Positions 22,264-36,935 of a stretch of DNA of 64,000 nt are shown here, in pieces (within the stretch, counting starts at the first letter, position 1; each line of letters begins with the position of its first letter). A model generated the notes under the pieces. The model was not told where the DNA came from, searched no databases, and saw only the letters and a program-made list of their open reading frames with translations. The stretch is from Lingula anatina (Eukaryota; Animalia; Brachiopoda): positions 18,724,001-18,788,000 of the forward strand of contig CM120640.1 in NCBI GenBank assembly GCA_051362555.1, in the 5' to 3' direction. The position numbers were made by a program, and so were the translations under genes.

Positions 22264-25200
22264 CTGGGTATATACTGCTGGGTTTCGGGCGAATTCGTAT
22301 AAATTTACAACCGTAACGACAAGAATTGAAACCAGGATTTTTTCAGTGGAAGATTTGTCGTAGGCCCATAATGTCTAAAACCTTCGTAACTGGAGGAACC
22401 TAATCTATGCTTATTGCTTTTTTTAAAAGAGGTAATGTCATCGATTAAAATGTTTTACTTGTCCCCTTTTTCAAATAGTTTAGAGATACTTCCTTTGTAA
22501 CGGCCCGAAAAACATGAGTCAAAACGACCAGCTCTCTTACAAGTACATGTGAAATAAAATTCTCGAATGATACCCTTGCGTAAGAAGTGGACTGGTTCAT
22601 GTAAGTGATGCATACCTTTACACACAGGTTTTGACCCTTCGGGGATTACTTCCTTTAAGCAGTACCCCTTCGAGGATTGCTTCCTTTAAGCAGTACCCCT
22701 TCGAGGATTGCTTCCTTTAAGCATTACCGAGAAAGATAACCAACAATGATAAAGGCGTACCATGGCATTGCACTGTATTTTGCTCACTGGGACTAACGTT
22801 GGTTTACCCTCCAGTGTCCCTTGGTTAGATCGTCATCATGGTTAGACTGCCATGTGAAAACTGAATTGAAGATCGACGTCATTTTTATGATTTATTATCG
22901 GTACTCATCAGTCTTAACCGTAAGATCTACTGATGCAATTTAACATGTAATCCATTATAACGAAGGTGACGTTTAAATAAATAACTAATTTTGTCGCGAC
23001 AGCTCCTGCGCGATTATGCCTGCCTAGACCGTCATCGATATTCTTCCATAAAATAGGTCTAAAATTTTCGAATCGGGTAAAGTCCTTCGTCTCTGAAAGC
23101 AGTATTTATTTTATGAGCTTAACAACATTCTGATCATGCATGATGCTGGTACAGAAACAAACTGTTCAAATGAGTAAAGAATTGATCTCACAGTTTTGAA
23201 ATGAGCGACTTATACTAGTTTTAGCTTTCTTATTTTAACATTGCCCAACTTATGTAAGTGGTATCAGAGCCAAGGTAGTTCGTTCAACTCGGATTGTTTT
23301 GATAGGTTAAAGTGATTTATGGCAGGACCTACTTACCTTGAGTGTCAGAGCAACGTAAAAGCTAGCTTGCTGAATATACCTTGTGGTGGAGTCGCTTTTA
23401 CTGGTATTGCTACTATGGGTTATATATGAAATCAAGATCTAGCTGGCAATACCGGAATCTAGAACCTAGGGTAGACCTACTGGTCGTAAAGGCCTACTGC
23501 TCCCAAATAATCGCTATACGTCCAATTTTCATTTAATGACAGAGTTTTTTTTTATTATACAACGGAATTTTGTTTTAGAGAAAAATGACCTTGCCAAGAA
23601 TACTTTGGTCTTGTTTATCAATGAAAAATGAGAATTAATGAAATCATAAGACAAACTGTGCTCGTGCGCCAGAGAAATAATGCATTGTTCTTGCTCCATA
23701 TATATCATCATTAAGGAAAACGCAGCTTAAGAGATCTCTTAACTCGAGCTTATGTCTTATCTCAGCAATAACATTATCCTTATTGAAAGATATCTGACCG
23801 GGTGTTGGTATTTAGCATATAATTTGAATCTCCACTGATTTATTTTTTGGACACATACATCGACTTTCGGTTACTTCGCGTCAGCTAGCACGCGACAAAT
23901 GCTATCTTTCAATTTTGGAGTGAAAAAAGCGCTTTTGTCGTGAGGTTTAACTTTTGATTAGTTAGTGAAACATTTGGTTACACTTTCACATCGCTTTTAT
24001 TAGATATAGAGAAGTATTCTGTAAATCATATTTCCAGGATGCAGATGAGCCTCGAGCAGAGGCTAACGTGAAGACTCCTCTTCTATCCGGCCAGACAAGT
24101 GCCCCTGCAAGCGGCCGCCTGGCAAGGTCAGATTCCGCGTCGACGGCAAGACAGTTTGCACCTCCCACGAAACCACAAGGTAACTGAACTGAGATTTAAA
24201 TATAGATTATATTTTATTTTTTCGCCGTATTTTTTTAGATTAAAATTCATATTGAAATTGCTTCGAAAGCTAATATTATGTGTATAATTTTTTATGATTT
24301 GAAATTAAGCAAACCCTTGTTCTTATCATTATTATATGTTCTTTTATCTTGATTTCACGTCTTTATTGAATTGTGTCACACAAAGATTTGGGTGCAGTGC
24401 AGTAAAAACATTTCACTTCAGGAGGCAGTCAAGAAAAGTACGCAAAGGTAGAGCCGAGACCCACACGTGTGTCTTCAGTGGACAAACGTTTGCAAGTAGG
24501 TTGCGTTTATCTTCGTTTGTGACATTAGTGGCGGCAAAAACATCTCTTCTCTTCTGACTTGTTGAGAAAGTCGCCTTTTTTCACAGCAAAACTTTAAGAC
24601 AAAGCAAGATAAGAAAGAATGAGAATTTAAGCCTGATGATGAAAAAAATGTTAATGCATTACTGCAAAGTTCAACGTGAAGAAATTTGAATTGTGGTTGG
24701 TATCGTTGCTAATCTCATCTACCACAATGCATCTTTCAGGATCACGCCAAGCTGTATAACGACATTCTCGAAAAGCGGAATACACTTATGAGAACGGTGA
24801 ATGAATTCAAGACCGAATTAGGCCAGGACAGCGCGTTTGAGATACTTGATAGTTGTTTCAAAGAACTTAAGACACGCTTAGGTGAGACTTTTTTCTTTCT
24901 TTTTTTTGTGATGAATATGTTCGCCTATGTTTTATGAAATATTAATGTGTGAGGAGTTGTAAACATCAGGCGACAAGAGGGTTTTTGATTTTTTTAAAAC
25001 TCTTAAAACTGTCTGCCGTCATGATTGAATCATCAGTGCGGAGGTTAACCCAGGGCATTTTGTATACATTTGTTGTTTCCCCCCTCACCGAAACCGCAAG
25101 GTGGGAGTATATGTCATGTAGTGATTTCCTTTGCCGGTAGCTTTTTACTGTTGTATCCAACCACACCATCAATTAATTTCAGGCGAAGTTGAAGTGAAGT

Positions 25201-25571
25201 TAAAGAGGAAGCAGAAACACTGTATGGAAATCGAATTTGACCCCAAGGATATGCCCGACCGTGTGATTCCGGCTTTGACAAACTTCAATAAGGCCAACAC
25301 TTTAATCCGAGACATCATCGACAAGACGCCCTCTGCCGTTGAGTCGATTCAGTTGGTCGTGAAGGAAGAGGACAAGTTACGCAGAGAGATTATGGCGGCC
25401 AGTTTGAAAGGAGACGGGCCTGATGCACTGAAGAACTGCATGGAAAATGTCGGAGATTTAAGACGCGCCCCTGAAATTTTGGAGGAAATCAAAAAAGAGA
25501 GCAACAAAACATTTGATCTGTTGGTCAGCGGCGCGAGGTTGCTTTTTGAGGAGGAGGACATTTTAATGTAA
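21276..25571 (+). CDS. Uncharacterised ~260-aa helical protein with an N-terminal myristoylation/palmitoylation motif (MGGLCCC)
   Basis: Exons 21276-21311, 24038-24179, 24422-24495, 24740-24881 and 25183-25571. All are GT-AG and join into one ORF: MGGLCCCLESAK|DADEPRAEANVKTPLL...KPQG|GSQEKYAK...VDKRLQ|DHAKLYND...KTRLG|EVEVKLK...EDILM*. Confidence 0.75.
21636..21673. repeat. (CT)n microsatellite
   Basis: Read directly. Confidence 0.85.
22211..22261. repeat. (TA)n(CA)n microsatellite
   Basis: Read directly. Confidence 0.9.
22634..22728. repeat. 31-bp minisatellite, about 3 copies
   Basis: Unit CCCCTTCGAGGATTGCTTCCTTTAAGCAGTA, head-to-tail. Confidence 0.9.
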
Positions 25572-28500
25572 AACGGTGATTTATTTGGTGGACCAGTGTG
25601 TATTATAGGCCTACTTACATAAGGAACAAAACGACATTTTTCGTTTATACTAGATGATATAACTTAATGACGTTTGTTGAAACTGTTCTATAATTTACAA
25701 AGATTTTTCTTAAAAAAGAAGAATTTTACATTTACTTTTAGTTGAACATTCCAGTATCTATTTAACGTTACAATTACGCGAACAATCATACAGTACCCAA
25801 CCCTGTTATTTTACGATGATGAACGTAACAATAGCCTAGTAACACCTGTGAAGGGAAATGCAAGTGGGAGATACCAACGCAACGTGAAAACTTACCGTAA
25901 TAAGAGGCCCTTAATAACGGGTTTGCTTTTGCCATTTTCGCTGTTTTAGGTACGAGTATGAACATGATATGCATTGGGAACTTGAAACTGACCAGAACTG
26001 AAGTCTTTCGTAAGCCACTTGTTTTTGGCAAACTGACACGTCCATGTTGTACATACTTGACTCGAATTGCATGAACATAATATTGTGTTACCGCATGTAT
26101 TGTGTTAGCTAATATAATCTGTGCGGAATTGACAGCTACAAGTATTGCGAGGAATGTTAGTAATTGAGCTTTAATTTGCATGTCTGTGTTGCACTTGATA
26201 GTGTCTCAAGAGCATGCCATTACTAACTCAGAACATGGTGTCAGAGATTGTCCGAGTGCACTCGTACCCGATTTTTCCTGTTTGCAAAATATTAATGACA
26301 ATCAAAAGGTTTTTGGTAGGTTTACAGATCTTTACGATTTTCTGAAGCACAGTATTTGATACACCTCTGATGGTGGTGGTAGTGGTAGTGGTAGTGTTGG
26401 TATAATTATGGAGCAATATTGTTTAATATATTCGTGTATTTGATGCCGAGGTCGAAAGTCAGCTGGGCCAGGAGAGAACTCCACAAAAATCATAAGAAGA
26501 TCATGTTATACATATTGATATAATGTTTTATTACGTCCAGTATTACTCACAATTTATATTCATTCATTCATTCATTATTATTTTCAATCATATATATATA
26601 TATATTATATTATATCGAAATATAACTATTATCACATTTTTTGAATTTGTCGTAATTTATTGCAATTTTTATATAGAACTACCTGTTTAATAAAGTACTC
26701 CTTTGAACGTAAACTTTGGTATGAGAAATATTTCAGCACCTCCGTACTGGACATATCAATGGGAGCGAAGTTATTTTGGATGTGGGCTACATCGGCGGGC
26801 TTCGACTTCGTTTACTTTTGTTTAGATAGAACAAAGTGGGCAATTGTTCCTACAGATTTATTGACCCGCGCTGGATATTGAAATGGACATGGCTTTGTGT
26901 TGTTGCCTCCGCTTGTTAAGTTAAATAAAGTTCCGAGTTGGACTGGAACAGACTGGAATCGGGGCCCACCGGCGTGCCTCCTATTTTTCTCAGTATTTGA
27001 TTGAGTGTTTATTTATGTAGCGTTACTTCGAATTACCGCTATTGACAAGGTGTACTTCTTTGCTTATATTCCCGTATACAGTTACGGTAAATAGAAGCTA
27101 CAGTATACAGACTTCATTCAACGGTCGAAAAACACTGACGGATCTAAGCGTATTTCAAACATAAAGTGTACCCTGAATTTCAAGTACGCAATTTGCGTAA
27201 GTCGTCGCTCTCCAGTGACTTTCTTCCTGTTCTGACACGCTTTTAAATTTCGTTAATTGGTCAAAATCAAAACTACCGAAATTCTTCTTTTTTTTTCTGG
27301 CCTCATAGTGCAGGAAGACACTAACAGATACAATAAAAACTGAGAAGTGGGCAATTGACCCGACTCCACGGTAAAACATTTCGGGAGCAATTTTGGTCCT
27401 TTGTAGATAAACCACATATATTTAAAATAGAGACTACAGTATCGATAACAGCCCATTATGGATGTAGAACAGACTATATACGCCATTTGGATGTTCAGTT
27501 TCACCAGAAGAGTCTTGTGGAAATGGGAGGGAACGAAAAGTCAGCCAGGTCGCGACTTTTTAACGAGGAAAAGTCACGGTACATAATGCTTAACAGATAA
27601 AGTTGATGTGAAACGCAGAGAAGGGCCGGGTCTGGAAGGGAAATTTGCGTCCCAAACCGTGTTATGATTCAAAGGGATATCAGATTTCGAACATTTCAGA
27701 ACGTCGTTTGTATTTAATTGAAATGAAATTTAAGACAGTATTTACTAAATCCTGCGGCAACTAAATGAGAGAACCTGCTCTCACTTTTCCGGTAGCAGAA
27801 AATATTTTTCATATCATAGCGTGGGCAAGAAGTTTGATGTGCGTGTAAAATGGTCTTGGTTTGATGTAGTATATACAATTAGCGTTCTCTTTTTTTTTTT
27901 TTTTTTTGATATCGTTTTCGACATAACATTTATGTGGTATCCTTCCCCTTTCAGTTTTGTTTTTATCATGAGTAATCGACAAGCACCTTTAAGTGAAGAC
28001 GCGAGAACTCATTAGAACTTTCCGGCGCGAAGTTTGCTACTAATTATTGTAATCTAAAACGTTGTGAATCTGCGTTGCTTGACGAGAAACGGGAAGCGTT
28101 CAACTCCCCTCATTTGACTCATCTCTCCCAGTTTCTGTTTTAATTTGCTTCCTTGAATTTTTTCACAGCTGTAGAAAAATCCGGTAAGAAAGCACCACGT
28201 GCAGGACATCTGACACACATCTACGCCTTGCCGTCCGCCACGTGGATCTGTTGTTTTAGTTGTAACCCGCCCTGTATAATCAGTATAATACCATTTCTTC
28301 TGTTTATCAGTCTGATATCTATAGGGAGGGTCTATCGCGATGAGTCGTTTCGACGTTTAAAAAGCAATCATAACCTGATGTTGGTGCGTAATAGGACGCG
28401 TGCAGTTGCAATGCGTAGAACAACTGTATGTACTGGTCGTCATTCAACGTAAAATGTGGGACGTGGCATTTCGCATTCACCGAAATGAAAATAAACAAAA

Positions 28501-29099
28501 GTATAACAACATAAAATTAAAAAAGAATTATATCGCGGTTCTCAATGGGAAAGGAATACTAGAAGGGGATGCTTTTTTGTCAAAGTCAAAACCGTGCGGG
28601 CAAATTCAGATGGGTGGTCTTGGCGTTTTTCTCAGTCTTACAACACGTGTGTGTTTTATACCGTATCAATGACCCATTGAAAAAGTCTGAAATGCAGACC
28701 CCTTTTACTTTCTGTGGAATCTCACTGCTCAATGTCCCTTTGTCTTTCTGTGGTTATGATCTATATTTAATAGCAAGACACATCTGGAAAAACAAAATAT
28801 AAAAAAAAAGTGAGAGGAACCGGAAAATAAATGACATTTTGTTAGACCGGGGGCTAGAAGATTGGAACTCAAATTGAAACCCGTTTTTTTATTTTTATTT
28901 GTAGAGTTTGAATCATGTTTCTGTCTGTAGAAAACATACGCCCCGTTCCTATAGCTAAAATTAATTAAATCATAAACAATTTGTCATTCGCTGTGAACAA
29001 GGGTCAGCCTGCGGTTTACGCTACGCAGTTACTTTACGATGAGAGAACTGCTGCCAGGACAGTGGTGGAGGAACTCACTGAGCATGCGCCTTAGAGAAA

Positions 29100-29234
29100 G
29101 TCTGAGTCAGTGTTTATGTAGCTGTAGTTCCCATATATTCCGTCAGAGCGAACGATCACGCAGACACGTACGGATAACTAGCAGAAAAGCAGGTCAATTA
29201 CCACAGGACATAGCACAGCGAGTGAAATCGACAG
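29100..29234 (+). other. Putative non-coding first exon of the fibrinogen-domain gene
   Basis: Consensus donor CAG|GTAAGT at 29235 ends a CpG-rich patch. The ATG exon has an acceptor TTTCGCAG at 36815. The start coordinate is approximate. Confidence 0.4.
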
Positions 29235-32200
29235 GTAAGTGGTTTTCTTCAACATGTTCATTTTGGGCGGTCGTCCAGCTGAATTAGACAGAAATAAAGG
29301 TGTCACATGTGGTTATCGGAAAATACTTGTACCACAGTCTGCATAAAGGTTCATCTTCGACTATTTCCTTGCCTAGTATAGTAAACAAAATTAGAAAAAG
29401 TTGTTTTAAGCAAGCGCGATACATGAACACGAACAATAAATAATATTTATTTGGTATGGAAGGAACGTGATTATTCAGCAGTTTCCCTGATTTCAGGGAT
29501 TTTTTAAGCCAATCACATCCCTGCATGGCGTAATTATACAGGAAATTCCCGGATTTCAGGGGATAGTCTTACCCCAACATAACTGTGTTTTTAAGGATAG
29601 TCTATTTTATCAATTCGTCTAATATTTCACGGGAGAAATGAAATTGTTATTCTGTATCTCGGCTAAATTTTAACTGTGAAGCGGGCGCCGCTGTTCGGTA
29701 ACCGGAGGGGCCTTATTATTGCTATAAACCGTGGGAGGTTCTGCCGTGTTTAATCTTTACAAGCGTCGGGTGATGGCGAAAAACTAAACAAAATCTCTTG
29801 GTGCCTTGCACTTTGAGTTTCTGTTCCCGCAAAAGAGTTTATATATGAAAGAGAGAACCTGAGGTCAAAAAGAGTTATTCTCGTTTGAGAAAAAAAAATC
29901 TGCTCATCGATGCGTAGGTGGTAAATAGCTTGGTAATTTCTTCAGTTCTTGATGCTTAAAAGTTTCTCACAGCTGACTGCACGGTTGGCTGGGACCTCAC
30001 GCTGCAAAGGTTCGATGCAGCTATCAGGCGCTCATTCTTGCAGTTCAACTCACGCTGCGACTGGAAAAACTTTTCAATTCTTATTTGTCTGAGTGTTTTT
30101 AGAGTGTTTTTCTCGGGTTTGTTAATGTTCATTCATCCCTGATTTTGTTTACATTTGCTTATTATGTGTTACTTAGAAGAATAGAGTCAACAAAAACCCG
30201 TTTGCATGCGTTTCATTGTGGTTTTATTTTATCTATTATTTTTTTCATTTGTTATTTTCATTTTAGTTGTTACTTATGGTTTATCAACAGTGTATTCGTT
30301 ATAATATTTTGAATCATAGACCTGTCTGCTTCAATATCCACAAGGCTATTCATTTTCCATCTGCGGTTCAATCATATTCTCGTTGTTTCATGGTATTTGG
30401 CTTCATGGATTGCTTCCTGTCGACAAGCTTGTCAAAATGTATAGAGTTCTTATTGGAAATTTCAGCAGTTGATAACTGACGGCTGCTACGAACATAATGC
30501 AGCCGGTAATCTGTAACGCGATCAGCCAAACGTACTACTGTCATCACCCGACATATATACCCTAAACAAACCATTTAACTTATGCTTGCTAAGAAGTGGA
30601 GTAACTTTTTCTGCTGTTGCTACCGTTTCTGGTTTATGATATGTTCTTCGGTGATAAAACAGTATTCAGAAACGTTGCCTTAATCACTTTTTTTCATCTA
30701 TTGAACTTTTGGAGGAGGGGCTTAATCGATTCTTTCCATGTTAATGCAAACAGGTTTTTTTTATGAATTCCCACTGCTTGGATGTATTGATAGAAATTTC
30801 TCTCTTCTATGTCGCATTTCCAAGACATTCCTCTGCCAGTAACGCTTGCCTTTGTTCCGAAATATTTGTCCACCAGCGAGTATGAATCATTGCGACGTCC
30901 AAGGATATTTGTCACTCTTGTATTCTGAAACGCAAAATTGAGGTTAATATGCGCTTTTGGTCTTATTAATCATAACTTCAATTACTGTTAATAATACACC
31001 GTTGTCTTTTATGATCCTGGGCGAATCGACGACACAGGCTTGAAAGCCGTAAGGTATGCCGTAAACTATTCAGTTTGTGTCGTTAAATCTTCCCGTTGCC
31101 CAGTCGGGACATCAAAACAGGATGTTTTCTATGGGTGCAGTTGCTTTGTCTCTTTTATGGGCATGTTTTTTCAAGTCATTGTCTTTGCTCTCTTGTTTGG
31201 ATGTTACTGGTGATATATCAAATCAATAGAGGGTAGCGGTCCAAGGGTTTAGGACACTTGTGTAAAAACAGTGAGCTATATTAAGACTGAGAATTCCAGA
31301 TCGTAATTCTGAAACTTAAAATTGCTCTAACCCACAGGGAATCAATATTATTGCGGAGAATATGGAAAGGTGATAAGAAAAAAATCACGCCGAGCCGCAC
31401 AATGCGCAACACGTTGCGAACTGCATGACGAAAACCTGTTTTGGTAAAAGGTGTGAAACAACACACCACTTTAGGTTAGAAAAACAAAAGTCACTTTGAA
31501 GAAAATGAACACCGACAATTCATGGCCAGAAACTAAATAAGAGTGTTTATTCCCGTTGTTCAAAATTTAAGTCTTGATTAACATCCCTGTTAACAAGCTA
31601 TCAGGATTTCAGCCTTTTAGCGTCATAGTGTGGTGTAGTGGAGGTTTTGTGTTTGAGATATCCCACCAATATTTCTCATCAGACATGTTTTTCTTTCCCT
31701 CACAGTCGTGCTAAATCTCAATGATAAACATTTTATCGTTGTATAACAGTCTCTCGCGATAGAACAGATTTTCTTCATTTGCTCCATTCAGTTCAAAAGG
31801 ATGGTGATGATTTAAAATTTGGTTATGATCTAAATTTTTTGTCTGTGCTGCGAATGCCTTTATCTTCAGTGTGGTGTTTTCGCACAGGAAGAAAACAATT
31901 ACATCTACATGATATAATGCAGCAGTTATTCGAGGGGTTTTTACTCGAAATTACCACGTAGAAGAAATACATCATCAACTTCAAAGCTGTTATCTTGGAT
32001 ACAAGGAAATCTTCTTGATGGGACGTCCAGCTAGAGTAGACGACGGGGAAACGGTTGCGCAGACACTTACGTCAATATTTACTGATCCTTTCCGTGAAAT
32101 ACGTCAGGGGAATTCTTTGAAATCAAGATGACATAACGTTATCAAATAAAGGATAGACCTAAGCCGGAAAAACTTGCACAAAAGCTTCGTAATTTTTGAC

Positions 32201-35200
32201 AGGTAGCCGAAGTGCCGAGAAGATCTCTGGTGCCTGCCGACTCGTTGATGATGGATGAGATGTAGTAGCGGGGTGTTTTCCGCGATAAATCGCCGAAGCT
32301 CATTTGCAGTCGCATTTTTCAAAATTAATTGGCCACTTCAGACGGAGCGTGCTAGTTCAACAAGTTCATAAGAATATGCACAGGTGAATCAGATTCTATA
32401 CCTGGCCGACGGCTGCTTAGAGGGCTTAAAATATCGGCGAGAAATTGGCTCTGTGCCTCTTACAAAAACCCCGAGCGAGCCACGCACGTTTTCCCCCGTC
32501 GCAGACGCACATGCCTAAGTTTACGTTAAAAGTGTTACATGTAGAGCGCATCAAAAGCGCCGCCGAGTGTATACAATCCCAAAACTTATTTTCTCCTGAA
32601 GAAAGTTACACTGTGCGTCAACCTTCAATATTTATTCGCTAAACACACAATGGCCGCCACGGTCGTGCAGTCAGGTGGGTTCGATTGTACGGAGTTTGTA
32701 TACAGTAGCCGTTGATTGTTGTCTCTAAAAACATGTTTATTCCTAATCAAATAAAATGGAAAGTAATTGTAAACCTCATTCAAACGTCTGTCTGTGTTAA
32801 GATATAATCCTGTGGTAGGTCAGCGTCGTAGAAATCACATCAAATCTATTGGCTGCGCTGCCTAGTGAAGCCTTTGCGTTCATATTGTCTGAAATTTGCT
32901 TATGACTTAATCAAGTTTACAGTCATTTGGCTAATTAATTTAGACGCGTTTGATTGGCATTTGAAGGCACTTCAATCACAATCCAGGAGTAATTATCCGC
33001 ATATCAACTCGCTGCTCCTCGGATCAAATGAAATTCAAAATGCATCTGCATACATGGGTAGGCACGTCGCCCTAAACCACAGTGCAGTAATAATGTTTAT
33101 GGTCAGCAATTTACTTCAAATTCATGCACCGTGTAACTTGGATGGTGTTGCACCACAGGGAGAATTTACATAGCTTTCATTTTCTACACTGGCTATAATG
33201 GGTTTGCACCGCCTCTCCATTATTGCACAACAGAATAACACCTGTTATCTCTGCGCTCATAGGGACTTTGATGTGCCGCTGACCAAGCGGCGTCTGTAAG
33301 AGATTGATTTTAGCAAGCATACGGTGACGGTGACTTTAAGTGCGCTTTCTTCATTGGTCGACGTATATTGATCACCTTGCGTCTTGTAAAGCACCGGCAG
33401 GTTGTACGTGGAGAGTCGTACCCGTTAATTACAGCCTGCTGGATGTAGCAGTTGGCTATAACATCGGTATTTGAGCTATCTGGAGCAAACCGAGCTGGGG
33501 TGCCCGCTGGGCAAAGTGACGCACACACGCGCGCAACGCACGCCCAACAAACACGGAAAAATACTTCTATCCGAGAGTTTGCAATGATAATATAATTGGT
33601 AAGTGGTCAGTTTGTTACGATTAGCCGTGGCCTTCATTACAGTTAGGCAACACTTTATCTGAAGAAAAACACAGAAGGGTAATGGAAAGGTCTGACCTGT
33701 TGATTCGTTCACACTTGAAGGTAACCACGAGCAACACGCCGATTCCCAGATTAACTGGTTCAAAGAAAAGTTGCTGGTAATAGGTAGGTAAACTGGTTGT
33801 GATTGTTTAGTTGGAATGGTAAACAGGCTGTTGTGTATCGGCAGATGTAGATGCCAACCGAGAATATTGATACAGGATGACAATCCGCCCTTCAGACGAT
33901 TAGGCTTCAAGCGCTAGAAACCCCCGTTCCTTTTTACTCTCTGGAAATAGTTAAACCGTGGTAATACAATGCATCGTAACAGGGAGAACTTAGGGATCTA
34001 AACGAAATCATAAACTAGTCATACTGCTATTGGCACATGTATGAGGAAAATAGTCCATCGGGAAGGTAGACCGTTTAACATTTCTTGGAGGTAAAGCCTT
34101 TGATAGTCGTCACGGAGTTTTGAATTATCCTGATATTCCCAACTGAACCGAAATAATTAGAAAACCCCGATTTCCTCGAAATCAGGGGTTATCTTCTTGA
34201 CAGATACTATTACCAAAACCGCCCGGTGAAAAGCCCTTTTAGCAGATGCTGGCGTAAGACCAATATTCGATATCACCAAGATCATTGAATGAATTGCCTA
34301 AAGCAAGCACCTCAGACTCAAATGCTATCATTATATAACTCCGTTTTTTGCAAAATACCCACAGATTCTGAATCATACTAAATGTTTGCACTTAGAGGAC
34401 AAGAATATATGAGACGTTCACATGAAATGCGGCACCAATATTTTGTATATACTCGTCTCTTAGAAACTGATAAATATTTTCATGCAAAAAGTGTCATTGC
34501 GGTGCTTGTATACCGAAACGATCACATTTCTGAATAATAAGTCCTGGACCTTTGGGTTGCTCTAATGGGCCTTTTCCTTCAATTTTCAAACCTCTGCCTT
34601 TTGTTGGCGACCATAAGTCACCTTTGGTCTGTTCCAATTATTGAAATACCCAAGGCATTCAAACAGGTGTCTCCATAACTGTTTGTGATGTTTTCGTCTC
34701 ACTTTGCGGGCACTTATCTTCTTCTAGTGTAGAAAATAAAGCTATTTTTCTTTTATTGTCCTATCACGATAATCTATTGTACTTTATACAGGATAGCCTC
34801 GTGGGAAAGGAGACAGACGGGTCATGCAAGTGTGCCATGCTTATTTGTGATGCTCCGATGGGCCGCAGAATAATTTTGCAATCCGATACCTCTCGTTATA
34901 TTTTCGCTCATATTGAGTCCTACGTGGATCAGAATTGACTGGAGTCTATAAGCTCTGGGTTGTTCATTAACATGTTAGAACCCCCTTTAAAAAATATCAG
35001 CAGCACATCATCCTGTGGTTACCGCTATCTGTCTTTTTTTTTTTTTTTGTACTTGCACAGATATTGTGGCACTTATTGTAACTGGGGATTTTACCGGTAG
35101 CTGTGTGCGTATCCGCACACCACAAAGAAATGTTTACTTAAAATGTCGCCTGTCAGAGGACAGTATGAAGAAGTCCTCATCAGCTAACGACTTCTTGTTA

Positions 35201-36935
35201 GGGTGTTTCTCCGCTAATTGGCCGTTTAAAATACATTTAGAAAATGACACCGTATGACCTTTAGCTTACGAACCTTCGCAAAACTACCACGTTCGTTAAC
35301 CATCTAGTTGTGTTCCTAAGGTGAGACAAAGGCCAAATATGAAATCTGCATGTGTTGGCCAGGGTTGACGAAGTGCACGCACTTTATGACTTGCATTGAT
35401 TAGCCGGGCTCATTGCGCGCTGGTCGAACGATCAACTGAAGCGCGGCCGAAAAAAAAAATCGACAAGCCTTAGGTGCAAACATGCCACCACGTTCCGCAC
35501 GCGCTTAGTTCAACGAGCCTCGGGGTCCCCAATACTGACGCTCTCGACATTTTTTAAGGAAAATGCGGCATGTTTGTCAACAGCTTATGGTAAGAGCTAA
35601 CAGCATTGTGCTTGAGAGACACAAGTGTGAACTAAGTGTTACGTTCTTTTTGAACTGCGTCTTCGATTAGACAGGAATGTGGAAAGGGAGAACAGTCTGG
35701 TCTTCTTATGTACGCCTAATAACAAAGGGCGTGTCCGGATTCGATTTATCTTAAAGTTCATTGCAATTAAGCCGATGGGTACACAGCTTGCCTTTTAGGC
35801 AAATTATTTTCGGTTTATTATTTTGGAGCAGGGGTGGGGGTCTGGCATAGTTGACTGAATTGCAGTTAACACTATTGGTTCAAAACTTTAGTTCAGATAG
35901 ATTTAGCACCGACCTATACAGCAAACGCGGTTTTATTACACCTGCTCGGTGCACGGGAGTCGAGGGACTGTCACGCCTTGGTACGAAAAGAATAAAAAGA
36001 TGGCACATTGAATGGAAAGCAGTTGATATTTACCCTCTGGCATCGATAATTAGAACCTTTGTTGTTCATGATTATCCTCATTCATCACTCAATGCTGACA
36101 ACAATTTTTTTAAAACCTGTTAGATGAGGCTCGGAAGAACGGTGCGATTTCGTTTGATGTTGTTTTCTAGACTGTGTTAAAGTAATAAAGTAGTGTGAAG
36201 AGGGCAATTCTGTTTCAATAGCACGCTTACAAAGACATGAATGATACGGCTTATCATCCTCCGTTAACTTTCTACCGATAGAAAGGTTTCACATTCATTT
36301 CGCCGTAAGGGAGCTGTCAGCGATAGTGCAGAGACAAAGCGTGTATCTGTATGGATATATTCCAAAAACATCACTGCTCACAAGAGGTCGTGTAGAACGT
36401 CACCCACCCCATTCCCTGCCGGATGCTCTACCGACTGGTAAAGATAATCTTGCAGAAGCAGTGCGGGAAGTTCTGCGTACACCGCAATAACGGCCGTCAG
36501 TGATTGGGCCTTTCTTCACCGGGGTGTTTAGGGCTTATTATAACCGAGTGAGCCACGCTGTTTTGCTCGCTGTGACGTAGGCTCTGCAGAACTTCGATAA
36601 ACTAAGCCTCTTTTCAAGCAGCATTATTCACAAGTCCTTGACGCGTAAGTCGCGAATACGTGGCATTATTTGGTCAGCCAGAAGATAAGACAAAGTTGTG
36701 AAGAAATTAGCTCACGGGGTTTATGTTTGAATTTGACTTACGGATAAATCTCTAGGTTTAAGAACTGGACTTGTGCCTCATCTTTATTTACAAATATATT
36801 TCTTGTATTTCGCAGCTTCTCAAGTGAAGATCACCTGTGCTACGTTAAGGAACAGCGAGAGGTTCCGGCATTCAACAGAACTCGGTCTGGGATTGATACA
36901 CTAACTCAGCTGATCGCTACACAGAGGGTTTGAGA

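Noticed and set aside
22634-22728. 31-bp direct repeats as a possible CRISPR array
   Set aside because: The units are head-to-tail with no spacers, so this is a minisatellite.
24422-24447. Shorter 26-nt version of exon 3 of the lipid-anchored gene (donor GTAGAG)
   Set aside because: It is in frame, but the donor at 24496 (GTAGGT) is closer to consensus. I kept it only as a possible minor isoform.
25786-26181. 131-aa minus-strand ORF with a signal-peptide-like start
   Set aside because: No recognisable domain and no supporting gene structure. It lies antisense just downstream of the lipid-anchored gene and is probably a chance ORF.
31651-31684. Hammerhead-like CTGATGAG...stem...AAAC on the minus strand
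   Set aside because: It lacks the required GAAA core after stem II and I found no stems I/III. The other CTGATGA hits I checked (14675, 41961, 47072, 48499, 51977) also fail.
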